Below are positions 1 to 15,730 of a DNA stretch of 64,000 bases, in pieces. The stretch lies in assembly GCF_009914755.1 (NCBI RefSeq), contig NC_060933.1; one strand, 5' to 3'. The notes under the pieces are model-generated. The model was not told where the DNA came from and searched no databases. It saw only the letters and a program-made list of their open reading frames with translations. Each line of letters starts with the position of its first letter. Positions within the stretch are counted from its first letter, which is position 1. The DNA comes from the human T2T-CHM13v2.0 reference genome, Homo sapiens. The position numbers and the translations under genes are program-made.

Positions 1-504
1 CCTGAACTTCACGAACCCTCCCAGCCAGGCCACAGGATGTCAGGGGCAAACACCCTGAACCAACGGAGCTCAGGTTCCCTACCACCCCGCCCAAGCCCGC
101 TCCAAGCCCAATTACCCTTCCCCTTCCTCGTCGTCCCATCCTCCCTGATGCCTCTTCCAGGGTGCTGGGCCGCGCGGCAAGAGCTCCAAGGCAAGATTCA
201 AATGCCCTGGGGAGACGGCTGCGGGACACCTGCGGCGGGGCCCGGCAGGGAGCGCGAGACTGGAAGAGAGGCCAGGAGGGAAGGAGAGCGACGCGGGGTT
301 TTGGGGGAGGGGCTGCGTGGGGCGCTGAAGGGGAGCGCGAGGAGTGGGAGGAAGTGAAGGAGGAGGAAGAGCACGGTGTGGGGGAAGCGCAGGAGGCAAT
401 AGGTGGGGCGGGACGGAGGGCAGGGCGCTGCGTCGGGAGAAAGTGTAGAAGCGCTGGGGAGAGTGCCCACGACGGGAGAGCCCAGGGGCGCGAGGGCGCG
501 GGAG

Positions 505-1243
505 TGTGGGCGGGGCGCAGTGGGGATGGGGGCGGGGGCGCGGGATGTGGTAGGGGGCGTAGTGGGGAGAGAGTGCAGGAGTGTGGGCAGGGCGCAGTGT
601 GGGGAGGGTGCGGGAGTGTGAGCGGGGCGCAGTGGAGGGAGTGCAGGATGTGGGCTGGACAACCAGTGGGAGAGGGCGCGGGAGGTGGGCGGGGCGCAGT
701 CGGGATGGGGGCGGGGGCGCGGGATGTCGGCGGGCCGCAGTGAGGGGGAGGGCGCGGGAGTGTGGGCGGGGCGCAGTGGGGGAGGGAGCGGGAGTGTGCG
801 CGGGGCGCAGTGAGGGGAAACTGTGGAATGTGGGCGAGGCGCAGTTGGAGAAGAGTGCGGGGATGTGGGCGGGGCGCAGTGAGGGGAAACTGTGGAATGT
901 GGGCGAGGCGCAGTTGGAGGAGAGTGCGGGGATGTGGGCGGGGTGCGGTGGGGGAGGGTGCGGAGATGTGGGCGGGGCGCAGTGGGTGGAGAGTGTAGGG
1001 ATGTGGGCCCAGCGCAGTGGGGGACAGTGTGGGGATGCGGGCGAGGCGCAGTGGGGGCGGGGGCGGGGATGTGGGCGGGGCGCAGTGGGTGGAGAGTGCG
1101 GGATGTGGGCGGGGCGCAGTGGGTGGAGAGTGCGGAATGTGGGCGGGGCGCAGTTGGGGAGCTTGCGGGGAATGTGGGCGGGGCGCAGTGGTGGGAGGGC
1201 GCAGGAGTGTGGGCGGGGCGCAGTTGGGGGAGGGTGCAGAGAC
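505..1243 (+). repeat. G-rich minisatellite, ~21 degenerate units of ~34-35 bp (core TGGGCGGGGCGCAGT)
   Basis: Units counted directly, e.g. tgggcggggcgcagtgggtggagagtgcgggatg; a ~69-bp dimer occurs twice at ~797-935. Confidence 0.95.
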
Positions 1244-1536
1244 CTGAGGGCTTGAGGTTGCCTGGCTGGCCCCGCTCCCAGAGGCGGGTGCCGCGCTGTC
1301 GCCCAGGTATCTGGGGTCTCTGGTGTCTGAGTGTCTCATTGTCGGCGCGAACACAATTGCTCCAGCCACAGGCGAGGCCTGGCCAAGGTGTGGGCGCATC
1401 TGGGGCAGGTCTTGAGAGGTCCAGCGCCCGGTGGTGCGGACAGAGGCGGGGCACCGCGGCGCTCGCCGCCGCCTCCCCGCAGGTGATCATCCTCCTGCAG
1501 GTGTCCTCGGGTCTCAGGTGGCTGCGTGTCTGCGCC

Positions 1537-1838
1537 ATGGTTGACATTCTGGGCGAGCGGCACCTGGTGACCTGTAAGGGCGCGACGGTGGAGGCCGAGG
1601 CGGCGCTGCAGAACAAGGTGGTGGCACTGTACTTCGCGGCGGCCCGGTGCGCGCCGAGCCGCGACTTCACGCCGCTGCTCTGCGACTTCTATACGGCGCT
1701 GGTGGCCGAGGCGCGGCGGCCCGCGCCCTTCGAAGTGGTCTTCGTGTCAGCCGACGGCAGCTCCCAGGAGATGCTGGACTTCATGCGCGAGCTGCATGGC
1801 GCCTGGCTGGCGCTGCCCTTCCACGACCCCTACCGGCA
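1537..1838 (+). CDS. NXNL2: NXNL2 coding exon 1 (codons 1-100 plus 2 nt)
   Basis: Strong Kozak gccATGG at 1537; translates MVDILGERHLVTCKG...LYFAAARCAPSRDF...EVVFVSAD...WLALPFHDPYR, a nucleoredoxin/tryparedoxin-type thioredoxin fold recognised as NXNL2; donor GTGAGT at 1839-1844. Confidence 0.97.
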
Positions 1839-1842
1839 GTGA
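1537..1842 (+). CDS. NXNL2: Short intron-retaining isoform (RdCVF2 short), 101 aa ending ...DPYRQ*
   Basis: Reading through the donor gives CAG TGA (stop 1840-1842). Intron-retention short forms are established for the Nxnl1/Nxnl2 family; expression cannot be shown from DNA. Confidence 0.7.
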   Translation: MVDILGERHLVTCKGATVEAEAALQNKVVALYFAAARCAPSRDFTPLLCDFYTALVAEARRPAPFEVVFVSADGSSQEMLDFMRELHGAWLALPFHDPYRQ

Positions 1843-3995
1843 GTGGGGGTCCTGGGGGGGCGGGGGCCGCCCGGCACGTCTCCCCCATGTTCCCCCAGGC
1901 CTCCCCCTCTGCACTGGGGAGCTCTTTATGACGCCCCCCCCCAACACCTCCCCGTCTCTCGGTTCACGTCCGGACTCCGGTAAATCACACTCAGTCTCAG
2001 TTTCAACCTCTCTTGGAGACCAGGGAGGGTGCAGACCAGATTCGAAAACCCAGGGCATCGGCACCCCAAGGGGGCTCGTGGAGCATGGACGCGGGCGCGT
2101 TTCTGCCTGGGGTCTGGAGCTCCGGGAATCTGCATTGCGAAGGAGCTCCCAGTGGTGGTGATGCTGTGAGTTCGCGGGCTCGGCTCCGGGAACCGCCGGC
2201 CCAATCAGCCCTGGACTCCCGGCGCCGCTGCGTCATCCTCCCAGTTAGTGGGCAGGAAGCACAGGGACATGACCCGGTGTCTGGATGCGGGGATGAGGGA
2301 TGACCCGCGAGGACATCAGCTCTGTGACAGGCACCCACAGTGCAGGCCGTGGTTGGTTTGCTGGGAGGGAGGGACGGGGGCTTCAAGGCTGGCAGGAACC
2401 CAGGTGCTGGCCACCTTTGCGGTTTCATTTTTACCGACACTGATGGAATTTCATCACTAGAGAAGCATAAAACTCATTACTATAAACTTTATTACTCTAA
2501 CTGTTGCAAAGGAGGGGGTAGGGATTGGCAGAGAGGGGATTACAGGGATTGATTGTTCTGCTTTTGGGGTGGGTCTCCTGTGGTCTCCTATGGTGTAAGA
2601 GTCCAGACTTAGGTTTAAAGCAGGCCTCGTCAAGTATGTTGTCCTGGCCACCCCCTTCTAGGTACCAATGTGAATTTCTGGGTTTTGCTTTACAGCCTCA
2701 CATTTCTGGAGATTATCATTAAGTTGTGGCATTACCCCCTAAACTGATTATCATGAGATGACATTCCTTCTGGAAAATGAAAACTGGAAGCTAACTTTGG
2801 AAAGTTTTGTAGATGAGTAATTAATGGGAAGAAATCTAATTATTCCCCCAAACATGATTTTTGGTGATTCCCAGTGAAAGAGGAGGCCCAGGCAGGGCAC
2901 CGCCCAGCCTTCCAGGGGGGTAACCTGCTTCTGGGAGCCTCACTCACACCGGGACTCTGAAAGTTCTATTGATAATGAATCTCCAAGATGGGTGGTTCAC
3001 TTTGCAAAAGGATTTCTTACAGAATCAGTTCAAGTGGTGCTTTTAAAAACAGGATTGGACTTGTTTAGTACTCAAGTTATTTGTAAGCTTTTGAAAGAAC
3101 GCAGGTTTGAAAGCGAGAGACGATGGCAGTATCATTATAGTAATTAGGCACAAAGCTCTGGCCCAGCTCTGGGATTTACTTGCCAGGTGATGGCAGGCAA
3201 GGTATTTTATTGCTGAGCATATGATACATCACGTGGTTGTTGTCAGGGTTGAGCTGATCACATATGAGCTCATGTGTCCGCTGGTTATGTCCCAGCTCTC
3301 TAGTCTATTGCCCCATTTTACAGATGTGCCATTGAGGCATAGAGTTCAGTTCTCCTGGCTCTGAGGACCCTCTTTCTGCCGTGCCCTACTTCCTCACTGA
3401 GGGGGTGGTGAGTCTTGGTCCCCAGCGGCACACAGATTGGACTGGGGAGGTCATCGCTTGGGGCCATGGAGACTGCTCGTCTGTTTCTGATGCTCTGGTC
3501 AAGCCTGTGAGCTCCAGCTGGAGGCAGTGAGCTGCGTGACGTGGGTCAGCTGTGTGCTCCTATCTTCTCAGCCTGGCTGGCCTGGGAGGGATTTTTCTTT
3601 TTGTAAACTTAGCTGTTTGTCCCTACCCCTTTCCACACTGAACTTCCTTAACTCTGTTGTTGTCATGTGTAAGCTAGGTAGTGGGATATTCTGTGGGAAT
3701 TGTTGGAGCTACGCCCTAAATTCTGCTTATCCTACGTCTACAGGACCTTGGTGTTCCCATCTGATTGGCTCTTGGTTCAAAGACCAATCCGGTTTAGCCA
3801 TGCCTTGCTCCAACTCTCCGGGGGTTTCCTGAGTTTCCATTGCCCACAGGACAGAGCCAGACATGGTTCAGTGCCTGGCATCCCCAGGGAGTGTGTTTGG
3901 TGAGTAGTTGAAGCAAGTGAGCAAAAGACAGTTCTGCAGAGAGATTTGCTTGGCCACAGCCTGCTCCTGGCTGAGATGACAGACTAGAGTCAGGA

Positions 3996-4009
3996 GTTGC
4001 CATGGCAAC
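3996..4009. promoter_or_regulatory. Perfect palindromic RFX X-box GTTGCCATGGCAAC
   Basis: Exact 14-bp match to the RFX consensus in apparently non-repetitive intron 1 sequence. Confidence 0.7.
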
Positions 4010-4869
4010 CCAGAAGTGTGGTTTATGCCAGCAACAAGGATGTGGCTGTGTTAGTTGAAGGCAGGGACCAACGCTGGTTGCAACAGTGCTGAGGACAAGG
4101 AGGAACTGGGCTCTTGGATTTTCCCCAAATGCTTAAAGTCCTAAGTTATTACCATGACAACATTCTCTCCTCCAAAAGCAAGTTCTTTTCTCTGTGGACA
4201 CAGCTCAGGGCCCAGAGGGGATTGAGATGACATTAGGGAAAAAGTGAGGTTCTTTGCCTCTCATGTGCAGCTCCAAGGTTACATTTGTCCCCAGGCAGAG
4301 GCTGCCAGCATGGGGATTTGAGGGCTGGTACTGAGTGTCTCTTGGAATATCAGTGAAATGACCACCTCCACCCTCCTGATTCCTCAAAGCCCAGCCTGCT
4401 CTGCATCCCCCTGACTGTGTTAGAGCTTGATTTAATGTTGCAAGTGATTAAAACAGCAGCAATGAGAACAACTCAAAGAGCTTGAACAGTAAAGGTTATG
4501 GGCTGGCTTTAATGAGACACCCATCAGCCAGAAGATGGTGTCAAGGGCAAGCTGGAGGCCACGGAGGATGCAGCTTTGTGGCTCGCCTTCTGCCACGTCT
4601 GCCCCTTGCTCAGGCTGCAGGCAGTTGCTGCCTGGCAAATCCTGTGTCTCCTCACGGTGGCAGAATGGCTGCTGTGTCTCAGACTGCGCATTCCTGTACT
4701 TTCCTCTTTCCCAGCACACAGCCAGGTGCTGCACCACGCCTCATTGATTCTGATTTGGCTAGTTCCCCATTTCTGTACTATTAAGTGTAGCCAGGGGCCA
4801 CCAGATAGATATGCTGACTGAGCAGTTGGCCCAGGTGGAATTGGAGGTGGGTCTTTCCCACACAGTAAG

Positions 4870-5050
4870 AACAGCTAGCATTTATCAAGTACTTATTATG
4901 TGCCAAGCCTCATTCTTCATTAAGCTGTTTATTTAATCCTCACAACAACTCCAGGAGGTGGATTCTGTTATTCCCGTGGTGTAGATGAGGAATCCGAGGT
5001 GCAGGAGGTTAACTAGCCTGCCCATGACACACAGCTAGTTCATGCCAGAA
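4870..5050 (-). mobile_element. MIR SINE
   Basis: atttaatcctcacaacaac...gatgaggaatccgagg...cacacagctagt matches the reverse MIR core. Confidence 0.85.
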
Positions 5051-5463
5051 AATGAAGGAGACATGGTTTCCCAAGGAGGGTCACAGATGCTGAGCAGCAA
5101 ACCACAGGCCTGTACTCCCCGTGCTGTCAGGGGCACCATGCCCAGCCTCCTCTCCGCTTGCTGTCTCCTACCTCCTCCCAGTTGGTGCAGGGGATGCAGA
5201 AAGCCCTGGAAGACTGCTGTGGGATTGGCCAACTTGAGCAAGCATAAACCACCAGATCTTGGGCACTGCCCCAGCGTCAGAGGTGGGGAGATTGCATTTC
5301 TGATGAGTTTCCAGGTGATGTTGGTGTTGCTGCTCCTGGGACCCCATATTGTTCCTGACAGTGCTGGTCAAAGGCTGGTGCATGGACCCATGTCAGTTGG
5401 GAATCTGTCAGGAGTGCAGATGCTGTCGGACCTGGGGGTGCTCAGGAATCTGTAGGTGAGATA

Positions 5464-5481
5464 CTGCTGCTGCTGCTGCTG
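5464..5481 (+). repeat. (CTG)6 microsatellite
   Basis: Read directly. Confidence 0.9.
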
Positions 5482-5780
5482 GCATCCCAACCCCTTCACG
5501 ACCCACCAGCAGCCCTCCAAGGAGTCCTCATGGCCTTGGGGAAGAGGTTCCAGGTTCCTGAGATAACAGAGTCCCACCTGGTCTGGCCCCAGCCGGACCG
5601 TCTACTTTCCTTTCTGGAAGTGACGTGTGCGAGCCCTGCCCTGTCCCACTGCCCAAAGTACAGATGCTAAAATAACCCATTTGCCAAAACTGCTGGATAA
5701 AGAGCTTAAATCAGGCTGCTGGCCATTTTGCTGCAGTCTTTATGCAAAGAGTTACTTGGTTGTTTCTCGTTTCTTCACCT

Positions 5781-6083
<303 letters not shown>

Positions 6084-6152
6084 CACACATTTTTGTTTTA
6101 TGCCTTTGGGGAAAGCTAATTGCTTAGGCATTTTAAATTTTAGGTGTTGTGC

Positions 6153-6468
<316 letters not shown>

Positions 6469-6920
6469 TTAAGATGCTAGAGAGGGACATCTCTGCCACA
6501 TCTTTCATGCTGACTGCTGTGGTTCATTGACCTGTCCAGGCTCCATCTGGCCGAGTTCCACACGCGCCTCCCCTGTTGTGAGCACTCATGGCTGTTCGTG
6601 AAGGAGTTGGTGTCCCCTAAACCTGCAGTTTGACATGAATTCACATCTGCTCTGTGTTTGAGACATGACTTTCTCAGTTCTGCAAATACAGTTTTGGCTG
6701 AGTGGTCTCTGCTGTGTCTTTTTTTCACTGTGCATGATAGGTTTTAGAGAATAGTTTACATTTTTATTTTTTCCCACTTTTCCTTTCCCTCCCCAGGTGA
6801 GTCATTGGACACCACAGGGAGCAGGTCCGGACTGCCGGGGTGGGGGCTGTGTCCATTGGTTCTTTGGGGAATAGGCCTGTCCTGGCAGGGGTCATGCAGC
6901 CCCAGAAAGGCCACAGCCCT

Positions 6921-7666
<746 letters not shown>

Positions 7667-8050
7667 TAGAGATTTGTTTCACATTTTAGTGTTTCCTGAG
7701 AACCAGGTTGGGTTTTATTGGTCACCCCATGTTGGTTTTTGTTGGTTCATTTCCTATGTCAGTAATTTTTGTTCTCAATCTTATTCTGCCTTCTTTCTAC
7801 TTTCTTTGTGTTTGTGCCATCCTTATTTTTCTAGCTTCTTGAATTAGATCCATAAGTCATCTATATACTAAAGTTTTGGATAAGCGTTTTTAAGGCTACA
7901 GCTTCCTAAGTGTGTTTAATTGTGTTTACAGCTTGGGATTTGTAGTATATTCCATATTGTTTTGTTTTAAATACTTTGTCATCTGCGTTACTATTTCCCA
8001 TATAACATACAGTTAGTTTTAAAACTCATTCTTAAAAATGATTTCTTTTT

Positions 8051-8739
<689 letters not shown>

Positions 8740-9372
8740 TAAGTGATCTATATGTTATTGACCACTTGAAATTCATTAATACTTCCTTTGTGACTTGAGA
8801 ACATGATTGATTTTGTCACTGCTTCATAGATGTTTGGAAATAAACCATATTCTCTCTCTGTTGAGCGTAGGGGACCCTGTATTTTTTCCTGCTTGAGTGA
8901 TGGTGTGTCTTTGACCTGGATGCCAGAAAGTGGCAGGAAGAACTTGAGGGACGTGTCAAAGGGGAGATTTGCTAATAGGAGGGTCTCAAATGGGTTTTTC
9001 CTTCCACTCGGGTTCACAATCCTGAGGGTGACAGATCAAGGAAATCCGATTACTGTCACTGTGAGGCCCTGGTGACCTGGCCATGGTAAACAGGAAAGGG
9101 ATTTCACCCGGCTGCCCTGTCTTGAGGGAGTAATCCCAGTGAAGATTACGAGAACTGCAAAACCAAGAAGGCAGATGCTCGTTTCCCTAAATGAATACAA
9201 ATAATTTTGTAAAAAGACCACTCATCAGGTTATAGATACTGTAAATGTAAATGATGTAAAATGAGGCTAAGAAACCTCTCATCATGATAATGGCAATTGG
9301 TGCATCACTGAATTTGTAGGGTGGAAAGTCAAGTGAAGCTCTAGATGTATTTAGAACTCATGGAATTTTAAC

Positions 9373-9667
<295 letters not shown>

Positions 9668-9765
9668 GGAATTTTAACTTTTACCATTATATGTACCTGA
9701 TATTTTTCAACCCCTTGAGATGTAGAGGACATAAAAAATTACTGGGTTTATTTGTGGGTTTAGAC

Positions 9766-9923
9766 CTGCACTATCCAATCTGGTAGCCACTAGCCACTTG
9801 TGACAACTTAAATTTAAATTAAAAGTTAATTAAAATGAAAACTTCAGTTCCTTAGGCACACTAGCCACATTCTGAGCTCTCCCAGCCATACGTGGCTGGT
9901 GGCTACTGGATTGGGTAGCACAG
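9766..9923 (-). mobile_element. MER3 (hAT-Charlie MITE)
   Basis: Inverted arms gtagccactagccac / gtggctggtggctac around an AT-rich core. Confidence 0.85.
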
Positions 9924-9989
9924 ATACGGAGAGTTCACTGCTGCAGGCAGCTCTCTGGTGTGGAATTGGGTTAGAAATGGTAGCACCAA

Positions 9990-10428
<439 letters not shown>

Positions 10429-10480
10429 TCAGATGTGCATGTGGGAGTGCTAACTTCGGTACCACTCTTCTGTCCTGCAG

Positions 10481-10649
10481 TGAGCTGAGGAAGAGGTACA
10501 ACGTCACAGCCATCCCCAAGCTTGTGATTGTGAAACAAAATGGGGAGGTCATCACCAACAAAGGGCGGAAGCAGATCCGGGAACGGGGGTTGGCCTGCTT
10601 CCAGGACTGGGTGGAGGCGGCCGATATCTTCCAGAATTTCTCCGTTTGA
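10481..10649 (+). CDS. NXNL2: NXNL2 coding exon 2 of the long isoform (156 aa total)
   Basis: Branch point CTAAC 10450-10454, pyrimidine tract, CAG acceptor ending 10480. CA+T=His, then ELRKRYNVTAIPKLVIV...DIFQNFSV, TGA 10647-10649. 302+169=471 nt. Contains the thioredoxin cis-Pro-like IP motif. Confidence 0.97.
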
Positions 10650-11047
10650 AGTGGGAGGGACCTCAGAGGGCCAGGACAGGTGCTGCTTCTCCAGCACCGA
10701 CGCTGGGGCAAAGAGGAGCATGTTGGGTTCCTTCCTCTGTTGGTGTGATTTCATTGTATTTCAGAGCAGAAGCACTAAGCTGTGGTCAAAAAGCAACTAT
10801 TGCTCAGGAAATAATACACTCCATATTTTGATCATGCAGGCTGTTTGTATTATAGTTATTTTTGTTATTCTTTGCATACCTTTATCCACCTGTGCTTAAG
10901 GAAGGATCCTCATATGTTCATACTGAGCTGTTGGAAATCTATGCAAGACATTTATTTGTACAAGTCTCTTCAGGTAAAATAATATATTTATTGATAACAT
11001 TTTCTGGCGATCTGTTTATTTTAATGGTATGCTTTCACAACTATCTT

Positions 11048-11079
11048 AATAAAGTTTGCAAGCTGTGTACTTTAATAAA
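11048..11079 (+). terminator. NXNL2: Two AATAAA polyadenylation signals ending the exon 2 3'UTR
   Basis: AATAAA at 11048-11053 and 11074-11079 after an AU-rich ~400-nt 3'UTR with TGTA motifs. Confidence 0.8.
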
Positions 11080-11858
11080 CAAGTCTATTGCCTTCTTTCT
11101 CATTCCATTCCAGGTGCCAGTAGGAAGAAAAGGAGTCTCTTGACAAATACCATGCTTAAATATGTCTTATTTGTCACAGGTGCTAGTTTTTAATTATATG
11201 TCATCTTGGAATTTTCTTCTTCTCTTTGTTTTCTTTACACTTATTTGTAACAGTATTACAATATCCTAGAAAGCAATGAAATTTTCAAGGGTGTGTTTTC
11301 ACATCTTCAAGATCAAACCTCAGTGTTACCTAAAAGTTAATAATCCATCGAAGTAAACAATCTTTATTAATGGTGGTGAAAGCCGTCAGTGGTTCAGATT
11401 ACTGTCCCAGCTTCCCCTGTGGCCTCTTGCTGGCGGTCTTTCCTGTTTCTTTCCAGCCTCATTCTTATCCAATCAGCTGGGATTGTGAAAATACCGATAC
11501 CCATCTCTAGCCAAGTCCTCACCTGCAGATCTGGTCAGCTTGCTGGGTTCCTCAGCTGAGAATTTGGAGCAAAGCTGACACCAGTAGGACCAGCAATAGT
11601 AGAGTAAGGAAGCCCAGTGGGTGATACTCAGTGAACCTGTGCCACTGAGACATAAGCTGTTAATTAATTAGTCCCTTCAATCTCCCTCACCCTCTGCGCT
11701 GTCAGTTAACTTCCCTGACCACTGAGACCCAGCCTCCTGGGGGCCCTGTGGGTTGACTAAGGATGCATTTACACTAACCTCATTGTTATTCGTGCCCCAA
11801 ATAAGTCATGTAGAAATGCAGTTTTCTTCCAAAACTCAGAGATGAAATATTTATTTAA

Positions 11859-12241
<383 letters not shown>

Positions 12242-12248
12242 TGAGTGT

Positions 12249-12250
<2 letters not shown>

Positions 12251-12279
<29 letters not shown>
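12251..12279 (+). repeat. (GT)n microsatellite
   Basis: About 14 GT units. Confidence 0.95.
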
Positions 12280-12281
<2 letters not shown>

Positions 12282-12506
12282 AACCACAACCACACACTTT
12301 TAAAAGGTAGAGAAACGGCCCTCCTGGTAAACGTGCTTGTAACTGCCAAGAACTGTGTTGGTGTTTGTGGGCTGGAAGATTTTGCTTTGGGGTGACTAGA
12401 GGGAGAGGCAGGGTCCACCTCGGCTGGGCTGGCCCTGTAGGACATGGGCCTTCGTCACCTAGGGCTGGGAGAGTGATGTGTCCTTTGAACCATTATTACT
12501 CCCTGA

Positions 12507-12835
<329 letters not shown>

Positions 12836-13836
12836 TAACATCCCAAACAATTTTTCTTGACGTAAGGCAAAGTATTCCAGCCTTCTTTCCGAGAACTGTG
12901 TAATTTGTGACTATTTCTACAAGTGCCTTGTGCCCCTTGTGTTCCAGAAGCAATACGTGCTCACTGTGGACGAACATCAGGAAAAAGATTCCATCATCCT
13001 GAGGGAAAGCCATGATGGATGTTTTAGTCCATCTATATGTCCCCTAAAGTCACCACCTTTTTATTTTTTCCGTGTGTACACATTGCTTTTCATCTTTATA
13101 CACTTGCCACCCTGCGTGTGGACATAGACAAGCAGTGGCAGTGTGATGTGGGCACCATGGGGCAGGGGTTGAAAGACATGCAGCATCGTGACCCAGCCCA
13201 GGCCCACGTCTCATCCAGACTCCCTGGTGAGCCCCGTGGGCGCTAACATCTGAGAAGCATGGCTCTGCAAAGGTGTCTTGTCCACTGAATTTGTTGAAGT
13301 CATTTCACTGATTTCAGCCCACAACTGGGGCATCTTTATCAAAGCCCAGGGTGCTCCACAAGCCATCAGGCCTGGGGCAGGTGGGGGCCCTCCCCTCTCC
13401 CAGGAGAGGCCTAGCCACTGGCATTCCTGCAGGAGCGCGTGCAGACCTCAGGGAGACTCATGAAATGCTGGTCACTGTGCACTGGAGAGGGGCAGTCACT
13501 GAGAGAACACACGTATACACCACACATATAACCTACACACACCACAAACACACACACAGACACAGACATTCCTAGAGAAAGGAAGAAGAGGGGTGACACA
13601 GAGCTCACCAGTCAGGAGAATTATGCTCTATTGGGCTGGACTGACTTAGGCCGAATTTACAAACACCATGGAGGTACCTTAAAACCCCATCCTTTCAGTA
13701 GGGTGTCCTATGCTAATTTTGATTGAAAAGAGCCTCTGTTTTAGTCATCTCCACTTTGCCAGCTATCTAGAATCTTTGAGCCATTTGGTAAACTGAATTA
13801 CCCTTCTCTCCTGCATTTTTGTTTAAGAATTATCTG

Positions 13837-14800
<964 letters not shown>

Positions 14801-14855
14801 AGGAATTATCTTATCTGGCTGTTTGCTTTGTGTGTGTATTTTATTCTATGTACTT

Positions 14856-15210
14856 GCCATGACCTGAATGTTTCTGTCCGGTATAATCCATGTGTTGAAG
14901 TCCTAACCCCTAGGTGATGGTGGTGTTAGGAGGTGGGGCCTTTGGGAGGTGATTAGGTCAGGAGGGTGGGGTGGAGCCCTCATAAATGGGAGTAGTGTCC
15001 TCCTAGGAGAGACCCTTACCCCTTCTAATATATGAGGACACAGTGAGCAGATGCCATCTGTGAACAAGAAGTGGGCCCTTAGGAAACACAGAAGCTACTG
15101 CCATTTTGACCTTGGACTTACAGCCTCCAAAACTGTGAGCAATGCATTTCTATTATGATACACAGCCTCGTCTGTGGTATTTTGTGATAGCAGCCTGAAC
15201 AGACAAAGAC
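14856..15210 (+). mobile_element. MaLR LTR (MLT1A-like)
   Basis: ggaggtggggcctttgggaggtgattaggtca...cagcctccaaaactgtgag...gtggtattttgtgatagcagcc. Confidence 0.85.
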
Positions 15211-15730
15211 AGCGCCTATAAGTAGTCTAACCTGAACCCTCCACTGGCTATCCAGGTTTCCTCTCGAGATATGCAGACACATCCATTGGTCTGTCCCTTC
15301 TATCGTCTTGAAGAAACCTGTGCTGAAGCCTCCCAACATCTCCATAGGTTCTGGTGAGCTATGTTCCTGGTACATCTGTCAACCCGATGTCACCCTTTGG
15401 AATGATCCCCGGGCTGCTCCACGGCTCTCTCCTGCATTGAGTTTCTCTTTCTTGTCATTCTGTTTCTTGGTTTCCACCCTTGTTTTGTTGGAATACATCC
15501 TCTAATAGTTTCCTAAGAACAGGTGAAAGGGGGCAAACTCTTTGAAGCCTCCTGAGTCTGAAAAGCCTCCATTCTATATGTACTCACTGGATGAGTGGCA
15601 GGTGCAGAATTTAGGTTGGAAGTACTTTCCTTCAGTGATTTGAAGGCACCACCTCATAGCTTTTTTTTGTTTCTTTGTTATTGTTGAGAGATCCAACTAC
15701 ACTGTGACTCCTGGCCCTGTGAGTGGTTAC

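Larger units (their letters stand above)
170..2350. promoter_or_regulatory. NXNL2: CpG island / NXNL2 promoter and first exon
   Basis: Very high GC and dense CpG relative to the rest of the window; many GGGCGG boxes; spans the first coding exon. Boundaries estimated by eye. Confidence 0.85.

Noticed and set aside
505-1243. Conserved core plus variable segment resembling a CRISPR array
   Set aside because: The variable parts are related to each other, there are no cas genes, and the DNA is eukaryotic; it is a minisatellite.
198-1670. 490-aa Pro/Ala/His-rich antisense ORF, plus other ORFs over 1-1300
   Set aside because: C-rich strand of the minisatellite and CpG island, where stops are rare; no recognisable domain.
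5464-5481. (CTG)6 as a disease-type repeat
   Set aside because: Short and intronic.
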